From Podarcis tiliguerta (Eukaryota): 64,000 bases of DNA. Below the pieces are notes generated by a model. The model saw only the letters and a program-made list of their open reading frames with translations. It was not told the DNA's origin and ran no database searches. Below, one piece after another: positions 54,128 through 64,000 of this stretch. The position numbers and the translations under genes are program-made. Location of the stretch: the NCBI GenBank assembly GCA_965153285.1, contig OZ229116.1. One strand, 5' to 3'. Every line of letters starts with the position of its first letter. Position 1 is the first letter of the stretch.

Positions 54128-54386
54128 CTGGCTTTACAACAAATTAGCTGCTTCCTTTTGCAGATCAGATCAAAGTCCCATCAAGGTGCAGGATCACCAT
54201 AAGGAAAAATAAGCTGCCTTTCTTCTTAATGTTTATAGAAAGTAGTTGAATTTTCTTTTCCTTTCTAGCAGGATTGCTCTGTCTTTGTGATGTGCTGCTT
54301 GTCCAACTTGCACAGCAATGATTAAACAGTTGCTCCTTAGGAAACACATGCGTGGATCTTTTCTCTTATCAGTCTGGCTGCCACAC

Positions 54387-54427
54387 TGGCCAACAGTGAC
54401 ACCCTGAGGCTCAGATTGAGAACTACA
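54387..54427 (-). promoter_or_regulatory. CSE / CTCF site of exon 10 (box variant CACT)
   Basis: TGTAGTTC-N21-CACTGTTGGCCA. Confidence 0.8.
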
Positions 54428-55399
54428 AGGGATTTTGTTCTCATTTACTGTAGTTGAAAATAGAACAGCAGTTTGGGTATTATATTTTGGAATGTGAAGG
54501 AGAAACATCCCAATGCTAAGAGCTGTTCAGCAACGGAGCTGCTTTGCTGCAGTTATTCAAGCAGAGTCTGGACAGTCATATATTGGGGATTCTCTCTTTC
54601 CTGCAGGGCTTGGCACTGGGGTGGGAATCTCCTCTGATATGATTCTGTGTTTCTCCAAGTGCGATTTTCCTGGTATACAAAGATCTGCTTCCACAAATAA
54701 TGCGCCAGCATTTCTTTTTTCCTTTCTATTTTTGAATTACCTCTTCAGCGGCTTTTACTTTAAGGGGTTTTACTACAGTGACTGTTGCACTGTGTTGTCT
54801 GGAAATAATTTGTACTAAAAGAGACACTTGACTAAGCTTCATAGAATGAATGGAAACTAGAACTACGGCACTGATATCCCAGCATTGATATACCATTGAT
54901 CTTATTTTGCATTTCCCTGATAGAAACATGGGCAATTGTTACTGATATATGTGATTTCTGCTTTGATGCCAAAGATATAATCTCAAAATGTAACAGATAC
55001 CCAACCACAGATCTCTTGCTTTTTTTCAGTTTTATTAGAAGGGATATTTCCCTCAAATAAATCAGAATAAACCTATGAGTTGACAATGATCTCAGCTGTC
55101 CTATAGAACCCAAACATAAACCAAAGTGTGTCAAACGAAAACAAAACAAACACAGATAGGGTTTTTTAGTGTTTGATTAGAAACCAGAGCTTTTGCTCTC
55201 CTATTCTTGTTAGTTTCTTCCTTCCTCCTAAACAACAACAACATTGGCTTTGAGAAAGAAAAGGTGTTAGCAGGTGACAGGAGGATTCCTTGACTGTAGA
55301 ATGCTGGTCACCTGGTCCTCTAGTGACAAATATTGATATAGTAGCACCCCCAGACTATGAACCTGCTCTTTCAGGAGGACCCCATCCAAAGCAAACAAC

Positions 55400-56000
55400 T
55401 GACCAGTTATCCAGCCTCAGGGACACCCACTCAAAGCTCCTCTGTCTTGCCAGGATTCAGAGTTTGTTGGCCATCATTCAGCTGAACACTAAGCCTAGGC
55501 ACTAGTTCAGGGCTTGCACAACCGCTTCTGATTCAGAAGTTACAGAGAAGTAGAGCTCAGCATCATCAGCATGCTGATGACACATTGCCCCAGATTTCCC
55601 ACTGACTATCTCCAGAGGCTTCATATATACCGGTAGATGTCAAACAGCACTGAAGACAAAATGGTACCCTGCTGTGGCACCCACCAGCACAACTGCCAGC
55701 AGGCTCAAAGACAATCACCTAAGGCTGTTTTCAGAAACCAACTCTGGAAATAGAATCAGAACCATTGTTAAACAGTGTCCCCAGTACCCATCCCATTAAG
55801 TCAATTCAGAAAGATATAAAGGTAATTGTGTCAAAAGCCACTAAGAAATCAGGTAAGGTTAACAGGATGATACTTCCCCTGTACTTCTCCTAGTAAAGAT
55901 CACCCACCAGAGTGACAAAGGTCAATTCAGACCCATAACCAAGGCCTGAAAGCAGATTGAAATGGGTCAAGATAATTTGTTTTGTTCAAGAGTACTTTTA
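55400..56000 (-). mobile_element. Degraded L2-type LINE reverse-transcriptase fragment
   Basis: Minus-strand remnants CHQHADDAELY (YADDTQLY motif) at ~55550-55585 and GVPQ at ~55670-55685. Confidence 0.7.
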
Positions 56001-56708
56001 TCATCACTTCTGACATTGTGGTCTGACATTGTGTCTCCTCGTGATATTCAAGTCAACTAGCAGTTATGTTATCCTAAAGCAAATCTTTGAAAGACAGGTA
56101 TGTATCCCTCAGTCAGCATTCCTTCTCCTCTTTCCCCACTCCGTCCCAACACCAGAGCACATTAGTTTCCCCCCCACCTATATTTTATGGATAAGAACAA
56201 ATCAGTGTGCCTTCTTGACATATCATTTCCAGGATTTAATGATCCCCTGTGGAATTATTTCATGGGCAATATTAGATTACCTTACTGGCGTGCTACAAAG
56301 GTTTCCCCTTCTCAGACACTAGATACCATGGGTGGTATCCACTGCTCTAGACCCAAGTAGAGCTAAATAGTATCTACATTATACAATTCCACATATTATA
56401 CAAAATCTATATGCTACACCATGTTAAACAGAGAATTATGTAGATCCTATGAGAAGTAAATTTGCTATAAAGTACATATCAAGAATTGCACCTATTGTAC
56501 AACTATTTCGGAAGAAATAATACTGAACTAATCCCTGGATTTGTACCCCAAAATGAGTAAATAGTGGGGATAATTATTGATTCATCAAAGATAGATATAT
56601 CAGTCCCAACTTTCTTTGGTTTTTGTCTTTATCTGTTTGTCTTTATCTGTGATTGAGTCCCCTGAACTTCAAAAAAGCATGTCACATTTATACCAGCTGT
56701 AGAAATTA

Positions 56709-56950
56709 CAGTGGTACCTCGGGTTACATACGCTTCAGGTTACATACGCTTCAGGTTACAGACTCCGCTAACCCAGAAATAGTACCTCGGATTAAGAACC
56801 TTGCTTCAGGATGAGAACAGAAATCGTGCAGCGGCGGCACAGCGGCAGCAGGATGCCCTATTAGCTAAAGTGGTGCTTCAGGTTAAGAACAGTTTCAGGT
56901 TAGGAACAGACCTCCGGAATGAATTATGTTCTCAGCCTGAGGTACCACTG
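56709..56950. mobile_element. Tc1/mariner(Tigger)-type MITE, 242 bp
   Basis: Perfect 12-bp TIR CAGTGGTACCTC...GAGGTACCACTG; TA target duplication at 56707-56708 and 56951-56952. Confidence 0.9.
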
Positions 56951-57159
56951 TATAAGGCACAAAAGAAGACATTAGTTGGAAAAGGGAATAATTACACTTA
57001 TTTGACTGACTGGATTTTAATTTATAGTCCAATGCTCTAGATTATTAATCTTGTATGATTAATTTTGTTGTACTGGTATATCTTATGTTTAAGATTATTT
57101 AAATTTCCTTATTGTTTTGTACCATTTCCTATGTCAACTTGGGGTATGTGGGTTTTATA

Positions 57160-57518
57160 AAGGTAAAGGTACCCCTGCCCATACGGGCCAGTCTTGACAG
57201 ACTCTAGGGTTGTGCGCCCATCTCACTCAAAGAGGCCGGGGGCCAGCGCTGTCCGAAGACACTTCCGGGTCACGTGGCCAGCGTGACATCGCTGCTCTGG
57301 CGAGCCAGAGCCGCACACGGAAACGCCGTTTACCTTCCCGCTAGTAAGCGGTCCCTATTTATCTACTTGCACCCGGGAGTGCTTTCGAACTGCTAGGTTG
57401 GCAGGCACTGGGACCGAACAGCGGGAGCGCACCCCGCCGCGGGGATTCGAACCGCCGACCTTTCGATCGGCAAGCCCTAGGCACTGAGGCTTTAACCCAC
57501 AGCGCCACCCGCGTCCCT
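57160..57518 (-). mobile_element. Full-length young Sauria SINE (distinct subfamily)
   Basis: Perfect 15-bp TSD tatgtgggttttata (57145-57159, 57519-57533), CpG-rich, intact B-box, ACCTTT tail. Confidence 0.93.
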
Positions 57519-57689
57519 TATGTGGGTTTTATATGGAAGTGCTAATTCACTTTGCTTTTCTTTATATTAAAAGTTTCCTTTCACTACTCTCAATACATTG
57601 CTATGGTCTGTGACTATCACAATGCATTCATTCATGACAGGCCGAGGCGTGAGCTTTGGGCTAGTGATGTTCCAGTTCAAAAAGCAGAA

Positions 57690-57880
57690 AGGTCATAGCT
57701 CAGTGGTAAAGAATCTGCTTTTCCTTCAAAAGGCTCAAAGATCAATCCTCAGAATCTTGAAGTAGGAAAGCGAAGGTCTTCTGTCTGAAGACCTGGAGAG
57801 CTGTTGCTAAGACCTGGAGAGCTGTGTGGACAGTACTGAGCTTGATGGACCAAGAGTGTCAGTAGTCTTGAGGGAACCTC
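57690..57880 (+). mobile_element. Degraded tRNA-derived SINE (Squam3-like)
   Basis: tagctcagtggtaaagaatctgctt head; ctggagagctg...tactgagcttgatggaccaa body. Confidence 0.7.
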
Positions 57881-58529
57881 CAGTTTTACAGAAGTACAAA
57901 AAAACAAGAGAAGGTGAAACCCAAACTGACCAAAGACAGCATGCTCAGTAGAAACAGAATGCTCAATGCCTGTTGCAGGAGAAAAATATAAAACAGGGGA
58001 GGAGGAAGAATGGGATATTATGGAAAAAGCTGGCTGAAACCAGACCCCACTTGTTAATCTGTAACATTCAAAGCACAAAAAATATTCAGTAAAGACCTCC
58101 AAAATTTCAGCTAAAGTTCTGAAGCAAGTCTCCAGACTTACAAATTGCACACACCTCATCCCTTACATATGCCAAGAGACCCCACCATTGTGTTGGTTCT
58201 ATAGGGACATTCAGATGAATTCATGAAGATCAAGATTAGGGAAAAAGGGTAAAGTGAATACAAATATCCAAATGGGAATCAGAGGGAATGAAATAATTAA
58301 TTAAACTATATTACCTGTATATACGAAGATGAAAGAGTAAACTGATTATTATTATACAGTTTCAAATATTCAATCTCAGTAAAAAAAATATTGCACCAAT
58401 TGTGTAGTAGCAGATACTGCTCAAAAGAAAACTCTCCGAGATGAGTGAGCTTAAAATATATTAGTACTCTATTGATATGCAGGGAATGCAGAATCTGTTC
58501 ACTATGTACAGTTGAAAAAAACAACTCAC

Positions 58530-60950
58530 CATATCAGCTCTATCCATCTCAGAAATTAGGATATTGCCTCCATTGGCAGTCAAAGGTGCATCAGACTGAG
58601 TGTTGCATGAAACATTCCCTGCAGTTTGAAGATTGGGTGTTGGAAAGGTGAACTCCTGTACCCTGGACTCAGACGATAAGCACAGCTGATAGGAATATGG
58701 CAATGTTCCTTCTTCATAGTTTGGTGGGAAAATGACTGTGTTGTTTGAATGGGGAACAGGAGCAAAACACTGCAGGAATTTGGGGTTCCCTGATCGCCGA
58801 ATCTTCATGAGAATGGCCAGAATCACTGTCAGGAGGAATAAGAATGAAATCAAAGCTAAGGCAAGCACCAAGAAGAACTGTAGATCTGACTGATACTCAG
58901 AGTCACTGGGCTGGTGGCTAATTTCCGGAAGTGCCTCCTGGAAGTTCTCAGCAAACACCAGGTTGAGACTCACGGTAGCAGACAGTGGTGGCTGCCCATT
59001 ATCCTTGACTAAGATGATGAGCTTCTGCTTCACAGCATCTCTTTCCAGAAAAGCCCGTGAGGTCCTGATCTCCCCAGTATGGGAACCAATTGAGAACAGC
59101 CCAGGTTCTGTGGCCTGGAGCAGATAGTAGGAGAGCCAAGCGTTGTGTCCAGAGTCAGCATCCACAGCCACCACCTTGGTCACCAGATAACCCTCCTCTG
59201 CTGAGCGAGGCACCATCTCAAACAAGGAGGAGCCCTCTACTCCTTGAGAAGGGTAAAGAATCTGAGGGCTTTGGTCATTCTGGTCCAGAATGCACACTCT
59301 CACGGTGGCATTGCTGCTGAGGCGGGGGGAGCCTCCATCTTCAGCCCTCACCTCCACTTGAAACTCACTGACTTGCTCATAGTCGAAGGAGCGCTGAGCA
59401 TAGATAGTGCCAGTCTCAGAATTAATGGAGAGGAAGGATGAGAGAGGCAGCCCCTCAGTGATGCTGTTGCGAATGGAGTAGGTGATTTGAGCATTCTGGT
59501 CCACATCTGGGTCGGAGGCTTTGACCCTGAAAATGGAGGAGCCTGAAGGATTGTTCTCTGGGACATAGGCAGTATAATAGGGTTTCTCAAAGGCAGGGCA
59601 GTTGTCATTGATGTCTGAGATCTGCAGTGTGATGGTTTTGTATGTGGAAAGAGGGGGGTTGCCTTTGTCTGTGGCTGTGACTGTGATATTGTACTCTGGA
59701 GTTCTTTCTCTGTCCAAGGGGGCATCTGTGAGAAGCTTATAATAATTATTGGAGGCTGACACCATCTTGAATGGCAAATTGTGTTGTATGTCACAAGCAA
59801 TCTTCCCATTATCTCCAGAGTCTCTATCATTTACATTGATAAGGGCTACCAGGGTTCCTACTGCAGAGTCTTCAGGGATGGGGCTGGATAAAGAGGCCAG
59901 AATCACTTCCGGTGCATTGTCATTCTCATCTAGAAGTGTTATTTCAACATTGCAGTGAGCTACTAATCCACCTCCATCTCTTGCTTCCACTGCCATTACA
60001 TATCCTTCTGTTTCCTCAAAGTCCAGAACCTCCTTAACTATAATTGTCCCATCTTGTGGATCTAAGTAGAAATTCCGGCGAGCAATTTCTGGGATGTTAC
60101 TAAAACTATAGTTGATCTGGGCATTTGAACCATCATCTCTATCTGTGGCTTTCACCTGGACCACTGATGACCCTTTGGGGGCATTTTCTTTCAGCTTGAC
60201 CACATATACTTTTTGAGTGAAGACTGGTGGGTTGTCATTTGCATCAATGACGGTGATCCATATTTTGGCTGTTCCAGTTTTGGCAGGCTTCCCTCCATCC
60301 AGCGCCGTAAGGATTAATTGGAAACTGCTTTCACTTTCCCGATCCAACTGTTTATTCAACACTAATTCTGCATATTTCTTTCCATCCTTTCTTTCTCTCA
60401 CTTCCAGAATAAAGTATGGATTTGTGCTAAGGTTGTAATTCTGGAGAGAATTCACCCCAAGATCAGGATCTTCAGCTTGTCCAAGGAGAAATGTGGTGCC
60501 TTGTAAAGAGGATTCACTTGTCTCCAGCTTGATATCCCCATTTACAAAATGTGGTGCATGATCATTTATGTCTTGAATCTCTACAGTTATATGAAAAATA
60601 TTCATAGGACTGCCAACCACCACTTCAAAATTGATGGAGCAGATTGCAGTTTGCCCACATAATTCCTCTCTATCAATCCTTTCCCTTACATACAGATTTC
60701 CATTTTCTGGACTGAGAGTAAAGTATTGCTTTTTACCTAGGGAAAGGATATGCAGATTGCCATTTCCCATTTCTCCATTATTCAGGCTCAGGTCTTTAGC
60801 TAGGTTTCCCACAATGGATCCCTTTTCCATTTCTTCAGGGATGGAATAATGAATGTGCTCTGAGGCAATCTGACCACACAGAGAGAATAATAGGAGGAGA
60901 GGTACTTGCCTTCTTAGGGATCTGCTGTTTTCCTTCTGCCTATCTTCCAT
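58530..60950 (-). CDS. PCDHGB: Protocadherin gamma-B-like variable exon 11; 2421 bp, sister of exon 9
   Basis: ORF 58461..60953 (first ATG at 60950); donor ATG|GTGAGT at 58530/58529. Confidence 0.96.
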
Positions 60951-61231
60951 CACTCTTGCAGGGCTTTGTGGTTTATTCTTGTTTTCTGTAAGCAGCTGAG
61001 CTGATGAGGAGTTTCACATTCCCATTAGGATGCAGAAGTGCTCAATAAAAGATGATAAAACAAGGCTACTGGTTGCTGCCGAATTTCTGTATTTTGCAGT
61101 GGTTTTTGTTTCTCAGCAAAACACTTTGGAAGTCCCTGTGTTCTGCTGTTTCCCAGCTCTGTGTGACTGAACAATCGCATTGCAAAAAGCAGCAAATCAC
61201 TGGATTTTCAGCTCCACTGTGAGAACTATGT

Positions 61232-61272
61232 TGGCCAACAGCGGCACTCTGAGTCTCAGATGAGGAACTGCA
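61232..61272 (-). promoter_or_regulatory. CSE / CTCF site of exon 11 (canonical CGCT)
   Basis: TGCAGTTC-N21-CGCTGTTGGCCA. Confidence 0.88.
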
Positions 61273-61463
61273 AGAGGTTTTGTCACAGATAACATGGAAG
61301 AGATTTGTTTTGTCATTTACATATTGATGTGGATCCATTTTCAGGAACATTTGGGTAAATAACATAGCTTTACAAATTTGTTGATGTCTTTTATCTGTAG
61401 GATAGGCCACAACTCACCGGCATCCAAAAAGTAGTAGTAGAAAATAACCAGTAACAATACACT

Positions 61464-61487
61464 ACACACACACACACACACACACAC
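61464..61487. repeat. (CA)n microsatellite
   Basis: Direct reading. Confidence 0.9.
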
Positions 61488-61745
61488 TCTTAATGTAGAA
61501 TTTATCCCACCTCCTCCTCCCATTTTCTTTACTTTTTTTAGAAAGATCAGGTAGGATATAAATGGGGAGAATAAAAGAATTGCAGCATTCACCACATTTT
61601 CATATTGAAATCTGTAACTTTCTCATCTCCTTGAGAAATGTTACCATTTGTGTAGTAAAAAAATGTGCCTAGAAATTTATTTTTTTATGTTCCTAGAATA
61701 GTTACACATTAAGAGTAGAAAACCTGGATTTGCTGATAAAGTGCG

Positions 61746-62499
61746 TGTCAGGGGTTCAGGAGCAGAGTCACAGGAGAGGGAGGAAACGGAGAGCGAGGGG
61801 GAGGAGTCTGAAGGAAATGTCAGCGACGACAGTAGTCCGAGGTCTCTGAGTCTCTCCAGTGACTCGGAGGATTCACAGAAAGGGGCCCCCATGGTCAGGG
61901 CAAGGGGAGTGCCCAGGGGGACACCTCGGGAAGAAGGGGCCAGAGGAGACTCAGAGAGTAGCAGTTGGAAATCAGGGCCCGCGTCCCCCCCAGAGGGCAG
62001 TAGGGGGGAGGAGTCCCAGGCATCGGGATCAGGTGGAGCGCTGCCAGCGGGAGAACATGAGGCAGGATTGACCACACCTCCGTCGGGGAGTGAGGAAACG
62101 GTCATCTGGAAAGTTAAACGCGCGCGCGCGCCAAGTTCAAATGTACAGGAGGGAGGCACAGTGGGCAGCCCGGGAAGAGAGCCAGGTCCTAAAGCCCGCA
62201 GAAGAGAGCGGGAGGAGTCAGGGGGGTCGTCATCGTCAGCCTCAGAGGAATCCAGGGAGACAGGGGCCCCGGAGGGCAACAGGACCCAGAGGAGAAAGAA
62301 GAGGTGGAGTAAAGCTAGAGTCTTAAACTGGTGTACAGGGGGCGGGGACTCAGAGGGAGCTTCGCCGGTCTAAAGTTTAGACGTAGGGATGGAGCGCTGC
62401 GGCGTGGAAATGGAAACTGTACTTCAGTAAAGACTTTTGTACATAAATACCAGCCAGCGTTGGTCCTCTGTGAGCTGGGACCAGGAGCCAGCCCTGACA
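61746..62499 (+). mobile_element. Solo LTR (Gypsy/ERV-like), 754 bp
   Basis: Ends TGTCAGGG...CCCTGACA (TG..CA, 8-bp inverted termini); perfect 5-bp TSD GTGCG at 61741-61745 and 62500-62504; GC-rich. Strand inferred from the AGTAAA poly(A)-like signal near 62426. Confidence 0.85.
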
Positions 62500-62628
62500 G
62501 TGCGCTTCACAGAAATTTGCAGCTCAAATCTGACATCTGCTTTGAAATTGAAGTATGACTAACTTACTACCAATATTTACCCTTCTTGTAGTCTGAGTAG
62601 AACATAGTCTTCAAAAACCTCATAAATG

Positions 62629-62727
62629 TCCATTTACTGAGCTGTCCACTTTACAACAAGTTTGTCTATCAGGAACTCCATTTACTGAGCTTTCCACTTT
62701 ACAACAATTTTGTCTATTTGGAACTCT
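62629..62727. repeat. 48-bp tandem duplication
   Basis: tccatttactgagct.tccactttacaacaa.tttgtctat..ggaactc occurs twice. Confidence 0.85.
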
Positions 62728-63290
62728 GCACTTTAGCATTCTGACCATTGTCTATTCAGCTTATTAAGTTGCACTTGTCAGTATTTTAAAGGGGGATCAA
62801 GGATGAAATCTAATTCTGTGGAGCGCTGGATAAAGTAGGGTGATATTGAAGTAGTAATTGTCAAGACATCATACCCTGCCACTATGACAATCTACATGTT
62901 TAGAAAAAGCAAATACTATGTGGGGGATCAACAGTTCGTAATTTTACAAAATAGTTCAGTTAAAGTTCATCCAAATAGTAACTTTTTAGTTCATAAAATA
63001 ATCACCTTGGCATTTCCCCCCACCCCTAATATGCAGAATTCTACATGCTGCTTTGCTTGCATGTATCCTAAAAGTAAACCAGCACCACACAAAAAATATG
63101 TAAAAGCCATCAGATAGTAACAGAGCTTGGACAGCGTCTCCTAGTCAGGCTTGAGAACACTGGGCTGGATTCATAATTGACCCTTCCAACTCTACAATTC
63201 TACAATTCTCTTAAATAGCTCCTTATATAGAGGAAAGATTAATGCAGACACAAAAGCAATGCTCATATTTGGGAAAGCCCTTAGCTTTCC

Positions 63291-63640
63291 ATGGGTGGCG
63301 CTGTGGGTTAAATCACAGAGCCTAGGGCTTGCTGATGAAAAGGTCGGCAGTTAGAATCCCCACGACGGGGTGTGCTCCTGTTGCTAGGTCCCTGCTCCTG
63401 CCAACCTAGCAGTTTGAAAGCACGTAAAAGTGCCAGTAGATAAATAGATACCACTCTGGTGGGAAGGTAAACGGCGTTTTGGTGCGCTGCTCTGGTTCAC
63501 CAGAAGCGGCTTAGTCATGCTGGCCACATGACCCAGAAGCTGTATGCCGGCTCCTTTGGCCAATAAAGCGAGATGAGCACCGCAGCCCCAGAGTCATCCA
63601 CAACTGGACCTAATGGTTAGGGGTCCCTTTACCTTTACCT
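63291..63640 (+). mobile_element. Near full-length Sauria SINE
   Basis: gggtggcgctgtgggttaaa head to ccctttacctttacct tail; approximate TSD ccttagctt. Confidence 0.92.
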
Positions 63641-63699
63641 TAGCTTCCTACAGACATGTTGACATCTAGGCACACCACAGTCTGGGGCACATTTAGATA

Positions 63700-63940
63700 A
63701 AGTGTGCATAGGACTGGAGTCAGAATTCGCTGAATTCTACTCCAACCTATACACCTCCCACAACCCACCCCAACAGGGAATCAAGAACCACCTGACAGGA
63801 CTGCCCATGCCAACCATAACAGAAGACGAACAAGAGTTCATTGGACAGTCCTATCATCCCAGTGGAAATAGAGATTGTCCTCAAAAACAAAAAAATACAT
63901 AAAGCCCCAGGCCTAGATGGTTTCACAACAAAATTCTAGA
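63700..63940 (+). mobile_element. L1/Tx1-type LINE ORF2 fragment (frameshifted)
   Basis: FAEFYSNLYTS...ITEDEQEF, then after a frameshift near 63840 LDSPIIPVEIEIVLKNKKIHKAPGLDGFTTKF* (KAPGPDGF motif). Confidence 0.8.
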
Positions 63941-64000
63941 ATTATTCTTCCAAAGAGAGGAGTTGGTTACTGACAGTCAAATTGCTTCTCACCGATATTA

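Noticed and set aside
2717-61272. Regularly recurring ~40-bp motif as a CRISPR-like or recombination-signal array
   Set aside because: Vertebrate DNA, kb-scale spacing and fixed position upstream of each ATG identify it as the promoter CSE; no RSS or recombinase evidence.
1-64000. Pcdh constant exons, gammaC exons, or alpha-type exonic CTCF sites/antisense promoters
   Set aside because: No QAPPNTDWRFSQ-like constant exon or C-type signature was seen, and I could not identify a convincing second CTCF site inside the exons by eye.

Overview
Eukaryotic (squamate, most likely lacertid lizard, inferred from Sauria/POM-type SINEs) genomic DNA covering part of the variable region of the clustered protocadherin-gamma locus. 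Eleven large variable exons lie in tandem on the minus strand, numbered 1-11 from left to right. Each encodes signal peptide, EC1-EC6, TM and a variable cytoplasmic stub, and ends at a phase-0 GT splice donor. Ten are gammaB-type and one is gammaA-type; the constant exons lie outside the window, to the left. Each exon has its own promoter CSE/CTCF site about 250-290 bp upstream of the ATG. Most notable observations: (i) exon 5 carries a 29-bp microhomology deletion that truncates the protein exactly after EC4; (ii) 7 of 11 CSEs have lost the CpG of the CGCT box; (iii) a ~13-kb tandem duplication appears to have produced a chimeric exon 3; (iv) gene conversion is domain-restricted with sharp boundaries; (v) a young solo LTR with a long open frame sits upstream of exon 11. 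Intergenic DNA holds Sauria and other SINEs, a Tc1/mariner-type MITE, CR1/L2/L1 fragments and microsatellites. No wholly new system is demonstrated; identities and family names come from reading the sequence by eye, without database searches.
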